This document shows, piece after piece, positions 40,770 through 51,279 of a stretch of 64,000 nucleotides of DNA. Source of the DNA: Eledone cirrhosa (Eukaryota); the NCBI GenBank assembly GCA_964016885.1, contig OZ024744.1:71300001-71364000 (forward strand), written 5' to 3'. The notes under the pieces are model-generated. The model saw nothing but the letters and a program-made list of their open reading frames with translations. It was not told where the DNA came from and did no database searches. Each line of letters opens with the position of its first letter. Within the stretch, counting starts at the first letter, position 1. Both the position numbers and the translations under genes were made by a program.

Positions 40770-42628
40770 GTTGGTGAAGAAAAGTTGGAGAAAAAGGACG
40801 AAAGGTGCACTTGGGTTGGGTGGGGAAACCTTTCAACAGGACGCGGTTGATGGGTTTGTGGCAGGGGTTGCCCACGTCCTGTGAAAATTTAATGTTTAGG
40901 TCTTTATAGGTTTCCATAGAAACCCTTATAAGTTTAAGGTGTGGAGACGATTCTGCCTTGACGAAAGTTTTGCCCTCCGTCTCCACCTTGGAGTTTTGGG
41001 AGATGACCTCCATCAAACTTTTGTTGTTTGTGTTGATGTATGCGTATTGTTGTTTGTGTTTTTGTTGTGTTGTTTTAGTTTGTTGTTCATCCGGGAGTTT
41101 TCTTTTTATGGTGGGTGCTTGTGTTTGGGGTGGTGTTGGTGCTGGTTTTGCTGATAGGGGGATGTTTGACTGTGGTGTTGTTTGTGTTGTTGTTTGTGTC
41201 TGTGGTTGTGTGTTGGTGTTGGTGATTGGAGTTTTGGGGGTTTTGTGGTGTTTCTTTTTTTGCTTTTTAGATTTCCGCGGTTCTCTCTCTTCTTCTCTTA
41301 AAGAAGGAGAAGCAGCTTCATCCGTCGATGAATTATCATCGTCAGGTGTGTGGGGTAAGGGTATGTTGTGTGGTGGTGGTGTTTCGGTGTCTGTGTTTGT
41401 GGTAGTGTTTGATGGAGTGGGATGGAGTGGGGATGTGTTCTTCAGGGGTGTTGTCTCTGTTTTTTCTGTTGTTGTTGGTTGAGTGTCTGTTTGTTTTGGT
41501 GTGGTTGCTCGTTTCGTCTGTCATTGTACTTGTGGTGGTGGTGGTTGTTTTGGTGTTGGTGTTGGTAATAGCGTTTTTTTTATGATGTTGTTGTTGTGTG
41601 TTTGTGGACAAGAGGCTTTTAGGTGAGCTGTACTACCACAGCGAAAGCAATGAAATTTTCGTCCTTCTACCGAAATGTTTATTTTGTTGTTATTATCAAT
41701 AACGACTCTTTCGGGTATTTTGGAGATTCTCTCCGGTTTCATTTGCAACAGAATCTCCAAATCTGTGCCCGCCCACCTTTGTCGAATAGATTTTCGTATC
41801 GAAAGTATTATGTCTGTTTCTAGCTCAACGAAGCCAGCCAAGATCCACCAGATGTTAATGCTTGGAGGTATGTTTTTTATTTTTATTTTTGTGTCCTTTT
41901 CCCCATGTATGTAGGGAAAAAGGTGTATGCTTTTGACACTATTGGTGTCACAGAGTTTTTTTGGGCGAGTGCCTCGCTTTTAAACAGTACGGAAACACTG
42001 GAGAAAATCGACATTTCCTAGAATTTCCTTGAAAGAATCTTCTATATCTGCTTGATTAACAAATTTCGGCTTTCTTGACGAATTTGACACAGTCCTAAAA
42101 GTGACTGATCGGCGGTTTGTGTCTTCCTTTATTTCAAGGAGTGAGTTAATTCTAAACCCACCTCTTTCTTCGAAAGTTACAAATTTTCTCCCTTGCTGGA
42201 GCATATCTCTTGCGTTGGAGATATCAAGATTTATAAAATCTTGTTTCTTGTTCACTGTGTCAGCAAAAGACATTTTCTTTTTTTGTGTGGTTTTGCTGTT
42301 GATGATGTTGTTATCGTTATTGGAAATTTCCGTTCCTTGTCGAGGTGAAACTTTATGTGTAGATGTATCTGTAGAGTTGTTGATGTCTTTTTCATGTGTA
42401 TGTATGTCAATGGGTTTTTTTTACTGTGTTTTCCTGTGTGTTATTGTCATTTTTCTCCGCTTCGGCGGTAGAAATTGTAAAATTTTCAAATGTTAATATA
42501 TTTGTTTCTTTTGTGACAGTTGTATCTATGGCGACTTCCATAGTAGCAGAAGCAGATATAACGTTAATATCTGCCTCTTTCTCTCTCTTTTCTCTATTAA
42601 CGTTCTCCAGCGTTCTAGTGTTGCTCAA
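40770..42628 (-). pseudogene. ORF1 (gag-like) of copy A, frameshifted
   Basis: Fragments 42407-42628, 41980-42273, 41521-41841 (CFRCGSTAHLKASC knuckle) and 40687-41016 are collinear with ORF1 of copy B. Confidence 0.85.
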
Positions 42629-42826
42629 GTTTTTTACTTTGTAAAATCTGATATTTTAAAACAAATTTTTAAAATAAAATTTTCGCCCCTACAGGGGCGA
42701 AAAATGGGATTACCACCCCGCTGACAATTCAGCTTGGGGGTTAATCTACAAAGTGTTGTATTTTTTCAAACAATTAGATCGGTTTTTTGCATAGAAATTA
42801 ACAAAAAACTTACCGGCGATGTTTCA

Positions 42827-45341
42827 CCCGGATGGGGCATATGCGGCCACCAGCCTGAAGGCTCCACCTTCACTACCGTCAACGTCTAAGACCACCAGTC
42901 GACCCTCTGGGTCCAGATGTACCGTCTGTGTTACGAGGCCCAGGTGTTTCCGCAGCAAAACGGCAACTCCACCCCCACCCCCCGGTTGACAAAGAGATGC
43001 GTAGATCTCAAAGTCATCGAAAATGGGGGCCAGCTGTCGCTCTCTGTGGATCCTGGACTTGCAAATGGCTACCACATCCATACTGTGCGACCTGAGGTCG
43101 TTTAAGAGTTTGCCCTGTTTCCAGGGCATCCCCAGGCCGCGTACGTTCACACATCCAACTCTTATATTGGCCATGTTGGTGCTGAAAATTTAAAAGAGGA
43201 TAAAGAGATCACTCACCCTTCGTCTCCTGGAGACCAGGCCGCACGATTTACATGGGGGTGTTGGAGGGATTGTCTGGATGGGTGGTGGTTTCCGGCGGGG
43301 TGGGGGCGGAGATGTTTGGTGGGGTGGGGTCTGGTGGGATGGAGGTGTCTGGGGTGGGGAGACATTTGAGAAGGACGCGGTTAAGTGGTTTCACGCAGGA
43401 ATTCCTCACATCCTTCTCAAATGTTTCTTTTAGGGACCTATAAGTTTGTATAGGGACCCTAATCAGTTTTAGGTTCAGTTTCTTTGTTATTTTTAATAGA
43501 GTGGGCGAAAGTTTTCCCTTCGGTTTTCACCGAAGGGTCGTTCGTGATGGTCTCCATTGGTGTTTTGTTTTGAGTGTTTATGTAAGTGTAAGTGTAATTT
43601 TCTTGTGTTGTGTTTGTTTTTGTCTGTAGTTCTTGTGTGTGCTTTCGTTTTGTTGTAGGTATTTTGTTTTCAGGAGGTGGGGGTTTTGTTTGTGAAGTTT
43701 TTGTTGTTTGTGTTGGTGGTTGTATGTTTGTGGTAGTGTTTGCTGGTTTTTTGCTTTTGTGATGTTTTTTCTTTCTTTTCGAGCGATGGGGTTCTCCCTC
43801 GTCTTCACTGGGTGATGGCGAGATAGCCTCATCTGTTGTATCGTCTGTGTGATTGGGGAGGGGTATGTCTTAGGGAGCTGTTGTGTCTGTATGTGATTTT
43901 GCAGTGGTTTTAGGTGGAGTGGGGTTGGGTGGGACTGTGTTTGTTGTGGTTATTTTTGTGTGTTGGTGTTGTTGTGGTGGTGTTGGTGGTTGTGTTGTTT
44001 TGATGGGTGTCGGCAGAAGAGCCTTTTTTTGATTCATTAATTTAGGACAGGAAGCCCTCAGGTGACCCCTGCTAAAGCAATGGTAACATGAAGGCCGCCT
44101 ACCCTCAACCGAAAAGTTTATGTAGGTGAGTCCGTCCAAGAGTACACGTTGTGGGATCATAGCTATTCGCTCTGGGCTCATTTGCACCAGAACTTCAATG
44201 GTAGTCCCATTGAATACATCTCTGGGGGACTTTCCTACTGACAGTATTCTGTCTTCATCAAAATTGATGAAGCCGCACAGTATCCACCATATGTTCACCT
44301 TTGGCGTGACATTCGTGATTTTGATCTTTTGTGTCCTTTTTCCCATGTATGTAGGGAAAAAGATGTACAGGTTGGATACAATTGGCGACACAGAGTAATT
44401 TTGGGCCGTCAATTGATCCTTCATGAGTACCGAAATACTCCCAAAAAGTTTGCTTCTTTGAATGAATGCAATATCATTCATTGAAATTTTGAAAACCAGT
44501 TTAATTTCTTTCTGTGATAATTGGACTGGTTTTCGGGTAGAATTGGAAACTGTCCTAAAAACTATCGTTTTGAGAGCAGTTTCCTTGCGAATTTCTACCG
44601 GAGAATTGATGCTGAAAGCACCATTTTTATCGAAAGTGACATATCTCCTAGCGTCCTTTAAAAGTTGTTCAGCATTTGTTATGTCGAGATATATCAGTTC
44701 CTCCTTTTTCTGAACTGTCTGTGCAAAGGAGATTTTGGTTCCTTTGTGGAATTATCCGTGTTGGCGGTGTTGTCATTATTGTTGTTATTGTTGTTGTTAT
44801 TCTTGTTGTCACCGATGTTGATATTATTCGTATTTTCCTTGGTGTTGTTGTTGTCTTTGATGCTGGTGTTATTGGTGTTGTCTTTATTTTTTTCTTTGTT
44901 GTTGTTATCATTGTTGTTTTTATCATCATTATTGGTGTTGCTGTTATTTTTGTTGTCATTGAACTGTTTGGTGTCATTTATGTTGTTTGGATATGAATTT
45001 GTTTTTACATTTTCATTTCGTCTTTCCATCTCTATAGTATCTAGGGAAGAAGACGATGTTGACTGCAAGCTTTGTAGTCTCACCAACTCTCCACCACCAT
45101 TATCGTTGGCCGCAGCGTTCATAACGTAATGAAACTTTTACAATATTTTTTCCAAAATTCGATGGAGAAAAAATTTTCCAAACGGATATATCGCCCCTGT
45201 AGGGGCGAAAATGAGTTGATCCACCACCTAAAGGTCCAGACGGGGGGGTCAAGTTACACAATAATATGAAATTTAACTGAAAACTCACGTTATTTTCTTA
45301 CATAAATTAACGGAAACTTCTCCGCGAAGTTACACACGTCT
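42827..45341 (-). mobile_element. Tx1/L1 copy B' (3'-truncated: 5'UTR, ORF1 and first ~115 aa of ORF2)
   Basis: ORF1 45122-43210 with CYHCFSRGHLRASC. ORF2 MANIRVGCVNVRGL starts at 43174 and breaks at AYAPSG, abutting the head of copy A. Confidence 0.92.
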
Positions 45342-45498
45342 GATAGAGAGATAGATATATTTCTTTATTAGCCACAGAGGCACAAAAGAAGGGGACAAAT
45401 ACAAATGGGGAAGTTTACATACAATAAAAAACGTGTAAAATGTTATCACAAATGCAATTTAAAAAGTTAGTCGATTTTCCGCAATAGGGGGAGACAGT

Positions 45499-48400
45499 TT
45501 ATATGGGCAACACATACCCCCGAAAAAAATGTGCAACCCTCATCTCCAGGAGTACGAAGAGTTGTTGGCCGAAGAGAAAGGTGTCTGACCTCAGCCCTTT
45601 CAACCTTGTCCACCATACAACCTCTTTCGCCATAGCTATCACACAAAGGAAAATCGCCTCTCCTTCGTTTTTGAAGGAGGGTGGCGGTTTGATCATGACA
45701 ATGGACTCTGTGGTCAACCGGATTGGTCCCACCCGCGACAATAGTCGTTCTACATAGCCCCACAGGTCAGTGACTCCCGGGCAGTGTATGAATGCGTGCG
45801 CGACGGTTTCTTCGTCTCGCACGCACCTCGGACAGATCTTTTTTGCAGGGTCCCTGCCGGGCGCCCATGTCTGTAGAACTTGTCTCGAACTGGTAGAGCT
45901 CCTCGGTAGCACTGCCAGGCCAGGGACTTTTGGAAGTTGGCCATCGGTCCCGGGCGGAAGGTCCTACTGAACAGACTGGCCAGTTCATCTTCCTCTACGC
46001 CTAGAGTTTCACCGAGCGCGTCGTCGCACATGCTGCGGATCAACCCTCTATAGAATGACGAAGTGGAGTCTCCACTGATCGCCGGGTCCGCCTGCCAGAG
46101 GGCTGTGAGCGCCTGAGCACATTCGATGTGCCAGTAGCCCATTTTCCTCGGTCTTTGCTTGACCCAGGACTGCAGCTCGGTCAGCGAGACGAGTCGTGGG
46201 AAGGCTCGCCTCACGAACGGGGCCCACACCGGTTGTCCGGTGAGGAATACGTAGAGATGCCGCAGCCTGAGCGCGTATTTGCGCATCGTCAACCACGGCA
46301 TCCCCAGCCCTCCGTTAGAAGGGTGTTGGCAGTAGATGGATCTTCTCACCAAAGGAGCTCGCCTCTTCCAAAGAAATCGGAAGAGCGCGCGCTCCTTTTT
46401 GACGAGTGTTTTGGCTGGACAAGGCACGACGGTCAAGCGGTAGTAGATGGCGGACGCTATAAAAGTGTTCGCCACCTCCGCTCGACCTTTCAAGGATAGT
46501 TTGCACTCGGCCCACTTCTGGGTGAGTGCAAACACCTTGGCCGTCACCTCGTTCCAGTTCTTCTCCACCTGGAGGTTCGGACCAAACCAGAACCCGAGTA
46601 GCTTTACCGGTCCTTCCGTCCAGCGTCCGACGACGCCATAGGAAAGCATCGGTTTGCCTCTCCACGATCCGAGTTGCAAACCGATGGACTTGTCCCGGTT
46701 CAGCTTCGCTCCTGTGACACTTTCGTATTCCTTCACTAAGGTGCCGACTTCCTCGATTTGCGAGGCGCTCGACACCATTACTGTCACGTCGTCGGCGTAG
46801 GCCGACGTCGCTTTCCGCAGTCCCGGTTCCAGAGGGATGCCCTGCAATAGCTCCAGCTTCCGCAGTAGTGGCTCGAGAGTCAGTACGTACAGAAGGGAGG
46901 AGACAGGGCATCCCTGTCGAATGGATCGCGTAATATGAAACAGCTCCGAGAGGTAACCGTTCACCTTGACCCTTGAGCAGATGTTGCTGTTGTGCATTGC
47001 AGCAATCCAACCCTGAACAAGGGTCCGAAGCCTGCCGCCTCGAGCACCGCATCCAGGTAACGATGGTCAACCCTATCGAAAGCCTTTGACTGATCCAAGT
47101 TGATCAAGGCCCCACCGAAGTCGGGTTTACACCCTACCCTCTCTATGATGTATCGCATGAGGTGGAGGTTGTCGTTTATGGATCTAGTCGGGATTGCGCA
47201 TGTCTGCGTTTCTCCCAGCAGGTTCTCGACGACAAGCGCCAGCCTCTTTGCCAACACCTTGGCCAAAATCTGTAACTCTGTGTTTAGCAGAGTTATGGGC
47301 CGGAAGTTGCCTACGTATTCCCCCTTATTCTCGTCCTTCCTGATTAGTGTAACCACGCCCCCGGTTACAGAACTGGGAATTCTCCCGTTCTGTTGCCAGT
47401 TGCAGTAGACCGCTTCCAGGAGACCGGAGAATAAGTCCGGCATTGCTACGTAAAATTCGTAGGGTAGCCCGTCGAGACCTGGAGATTTGCGTTTGCCGCA
47501 TTGGCTCAGCGCGTCCCCTATCTCAGCTGCTGAAATCGGCTTTTGGCAGAAATTTGCCTCGCTGTCCGAGAGTCGCGGTAGGCCGTCGAGGTATGGACCG
47601 AAATCCATAGCCTCTCCCGGCACGCCGCCCCTCCCGAACAGTTGAGCATAGTGCCACCAAATAGCCGCACACATCTGCTTCGGCTCACGTATCACGCGTC
47701 CGTTTTGGTCCTTCAAAGACCGAATCGTGGACTTGTTGCCACTTTTTGCCTCCGTCACTCGGGCCCAGCTAACAGCTTTGGCTCCCTCGTTTCCCAGAGC
47801 ACGTATTTTGCTTCTGACAACGCAGCCCTCGTGCTTTGCGTCGAAGAACTGGTCCAAGGCCGTTCTCGTTGATAGCACGCTGGCTACGTTGCCACTTCTA
47901 ATTGCCTCTTCTACTTTATCTACCAGTTCCTTCTCGGTTCTATTTCTATCTAACGCTAATTCTTTACTAAAAAACTATCGAGTCTAATCTAACTGCCCTC
48001 TTGAGAGAGTACCACCATCTGTTGTTGACAATGGCCCCTGTCAAGTGCTGTTTAACTAAAGTGCTAATCCGTCTACTGTAGGCTTTGCTTGTCGGTAACG
48101 ACAAGTTCAGCTTCCAGTAGCCGGGTCCTTGTCTATGGGTTCTATCAAGGTTGGCCATGCAGGTCACTAGTTTGTGATCTGAATAGGCAACCATGAACAT
48201 TTGTGGACAGCTTAACATGTCCCTATCCTTATTTCTAACTAGAACCCTATCTAGGTACGATCTAGATGTTCCGCTACGATTACTCCACGTCCACAGTGAC
48301 GCAGTCGGAAAATCTAGTCGATATCTATCGGCCAGGTCAAATCGGTCGATTAACTGTTTGAGGCTGTTACACCCCCCTTTATCGGGACATGCTCCCACAT

Positions 48401-48855
48401 AGTCCCAACGTGCATCTAGGATTCCATTCCAGTCCCCCACTAAAAGCAAGGAGCGGGACGTTCCCTGAAAAGTCTCCAGACGTTTGAAGAAGTCTGGCCG
48501 CGGTGTCCCGGATGGGGCATATGCGGCCACCAGCCTGAACGCTCCACCTTCACTACCGTCAACGTCTAGGACCACCAGTCGACCCTCCGGGTCCAGATGT
48601 ACCGTCTGTGTTACGAGGCCCAGGTGTTTCCGCAGCAAAACGGCAACTCTGCCCCCCACCCCCCGGTTGACAGAGAGATGCGTAGATCTCAAACTCATCG
48701 AAGATGGGGGCCAGCTGTCGCTCGCCGTGGATCCTGGACTCGCAAATGGCTACCACATCCAAACTGTGCGACCTGAGGTCGTTTAAGAGTTTGCCCTGTT
48801 TCCAGGGCATCCCCAGGCCGCGTACGTTCACACATCCAACTCTTATATTGGCCAT
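45499..48855 (-). pseudogene. ORF2 of copy B (APE + RT + CCHC), several frameshifts
   Basis: LVGDWNG, SDHK, KSPGLDGLPYEFY, LDQSKAFDRV, RQGCP, YADD, CPRC..HAFIHC. Confidence 0.93.
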
Positions 48856-48888
48856 GTTGGTGCTGAAAAGTTAAAAGAGGAAAAGAGA

Positions 48889-50797
48889 TCACTCACCCTT
48901 CGCCTCCTGGGGACCAGGCCGCACGATTTCCATGGGGGTGTTGGAGGGGTTGTCTGGATGGGTGGTAGTTTCCGACGGGGTGGGGACGCAGATGTTTGGT
49001 GGGGTGGGGTCTGGTGGGATGGGGGTGTCTGGGGTGGGGAGACATTTGAGAAGGACGCGGTTGAGTGGTTTCACGCAGGAATTCCCCACATCCTTCTCAA
49101 ATGTTTCTTTTAGGGACCTATAAGTTTGTATAGGGACCCTAATCAGTTTTAGGTTCAGTTTTTTGCTATTTTTAATAGAGTGGGCGAAAGTTTTCCCTTC
49201 GGTTTTCACCGAAGGGTCGTTCGTGATAGTCTCCATTGGTGTTTTGTTTTCAGTGTTTATGTAAGTGTAAGTGTAATTTTCTTGTGTTGTGTTTGTTTTT
49301 GTCTGTAGTTCTTGTGTGTGCTTTCGTTTTGTTGTAGGTATTTTGTTTTCAGGAGGTGGGGGTTTTGTTTGTGATATTTTTGTTGTTTGTGTTGGTGGTT
49401 GTATGTTTGTGGTAGTGTTTGCTGGTTTTTTGCTTTTGTGATGTCTTTTCTTTCTTTTCGAGCGATGGGGTTCTCCCTCGTCTTCACTGGGTGATGGCGA
49501 GATAGCCTCATCTGTTGTATCGTCTGTGTGATTGGGGAGGGGTATGTCTTGGGGAGCTGTTGTGTCTGTATGTGATTTTGCAGTGGTTTTAGGTGGAGTG
49601 GGGTTCGGTGGGACTGTGTTGTGGTTATTTTTGTGTGTTGGCGTTGTTCTTGTTGTGGTGGTGTTGGTGGTTGTGTCGTTTTGATGGGTGTCGGCAGAAG
49701 AGCCTTTTTTTGGTTCATTAGTTTAGGACAGGAAGCCCTCAGGTGACCCCTGCTAAAGCAATGGTAACATGAAGGCCGCCTACCCTCAACCGAAAGGTTT
49801 ATGTAGGTGAGTCCGTCCAGGAGTACACGCTGTGGGATCATAGCTATTCGCTCTGGGCTCATTTGCACCAGAACTTCAATGCTAGTCCCATTGAATACAT
49901 CTCTGGGGGACTTGCCTACTGACAGTATTCTGTCTTCATCAAAATTGATGAAGCCGCACAGTATCCACCATATGTTCACCTTTGGTGTGACACTTGTGAT
50001 TCTGATCTTTTGTGTCCTTTTTCCCATGTATGTAGGGAAAAAGGTGTACAGGTTGGATACAATTGGCGACACAGAGTAATTTTGGGCCGTCAATTGATCT
50101 TCATGAGTACCGAAATACTCCCAAAAAGTTTGCTTCTTTGAATAAATGCAATATCATTCATTGAATCTTTGAAAACCAGTTCAATATCTTTCTGTGACAA
50201 TTGGACTGGTTTTCGGGTAGAATTGGAAACTGTCCTAAAAACTATCGTTTTGAGAGCAGTTTCCTTGCGAATTTCTACCGGAGAATTGATGCTGAAAGCA
50301 CCATTTTTTTCGAAGGTGACATATCTCTTAGCGTCCTTTAAAAGGTGTTCAGCATTTGTTATGTCCAGATATATCAATTGTTCTTTCTTTTGAACTTTCT
50401 CCGCAAAGGAGATTTTTGGTTTCTTTGTGGAATCCGTATTGGTGGTGTTGTCATTATTGTTGTTATTGTTGTTGTTATTCTTGTTGTCACCGATGTTGGT
50501 ATCATCCGTATTTTCCTTGGTGTTGTTGTCTTTGATGCTGGTGTTATTGGCGTTGTCTTTATCTTTTTCTTTGTTGTTGTTATCATTGTTGCTTTTATCA
50601 TCATTATTGGTTTTGCTGTTATTTTTGTTGTCATTGAGCTGTTTGGTGTCATTTGTGTTGTTTGGATGTGAATTCGTTTTTTTATTTTCATTTTGTCTTT
50701 CCATCTCTATAGTATCTAGTGAAGAAGACGTTCTTGACTGCGAGCTTTGTAGTCTTACCGCCTCTCCACCACCATTATCGTTGGACGCAGCGTTCAT
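48889..50797 (-). pseudogene. ORF1 of copy B (Asn-rich N-terminus, zinc knuckle, Thr/Pro/Gln-rich linker), frameshifted
   Basis: ORFs 50090-50797, 49257-50093 and 48889-49236; CYHCFSRGHLRASC. Confidence 0.88.
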
Positions 50798-50863
50798 AAC
50801 GTAATCAAAATTTTACAATATGTTTTCCAAGATTCGATGGAGAAAAATTTTTTAAATGGATAT

Positions 50864-50926
50864 TCCGCCCCTGAAGGGGCGAAAATGAGTTGACCCACCA
50901 CCTGAAGGTCCAGACGGGTGGTCAAG
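50864..50926 (-). promoter_or_regulatory. Conserved double stem-loop in the Tx1 5'UTR (also 42680-42746, 45191-45253, 55614-55677, 60098-60161)
   Basis: TTGACC...GGTCAA hairpin followed by TTCGCCCCT-NN-AGGGGCG(A/G)A. The central two bases vary between copies while the stem is kept. Confidence 0.7.
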
Positions 50927-51014
50927 TTACACAATGATATAAAATTGAACTAAAAACTCACGTTTTTTTCTTACATAAATTAACGGAAACTTCTCCGCGA
51001 AGTGACACACGACT

Positions 51015-51279
51015 GATAGATATATTTCTTTATTAGCCACAGGGGCACAAAAGAAGGGGACAAATACAAAGGGGGAAGTTTACATACAATAAAAACGTGT
51101 AAAATGTTATCACAGATGGAATTTAAAAGTTAGTCGATTTTCCCCAATAGAGGGAGACAGTTTATATGGGTAACACATACCCCCGAAAAAAATGTGCAAC
51201 CCTCATCTCCAGGAGTACGAAGAGCTTGTACTCCTTTCCTCTCCTCCTCCTTTTCCTCAATCTACAGGCTGACACGACT
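51015..51279 (-). mobile_element. Severely 5'-truncated Tx1 copy (3'UTR only, ~250 bp) with target-site duplication
   Basis: Matches 51280-51548. Flanked by the direct repeat ACACGACTGATAGATA at 51007-51022 and 51272-51287. Confidence 0.85.

Larger units (their letters stand above)
37051..42826 (-). mobile_element. Tx1/L1 element copy A (divergent subfamily, near full length, decayed)
   Basis: 5'UTR with hairpins, fragmented ORF1 from 42628, ORF2 40769-37324, 3'UTR ending GGCTAATAAAGAAATCTATCTAT and a TC/TATC tail. Confidence 0.92.
45342..51014 (-). mobile_element. Tx1/L1 copy B (most complete member of the second subfamily)
   Basis: ORF1 50797-48889, ORF2 from 48855, ~180-bp deletion near 45560 removing the ORF2 end, 3'UTR and TC/TATC tail. 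Confidence 0.93.

Noticed and set aside
48863-48896. GTGAGT...TTTTCAG mini-intron that could fuse ORF1 to ORF2
   Set aside because: Only 34 nt, the spliced product is out of frame with ORF2, and the AG acceptor is absent in copy A.
50798-51014. HDV-like ribozyme at the Tx1 5' end
   Set aside because: Two simple hairpins are visible, but I could not build the nested double pseudoknot by eye.
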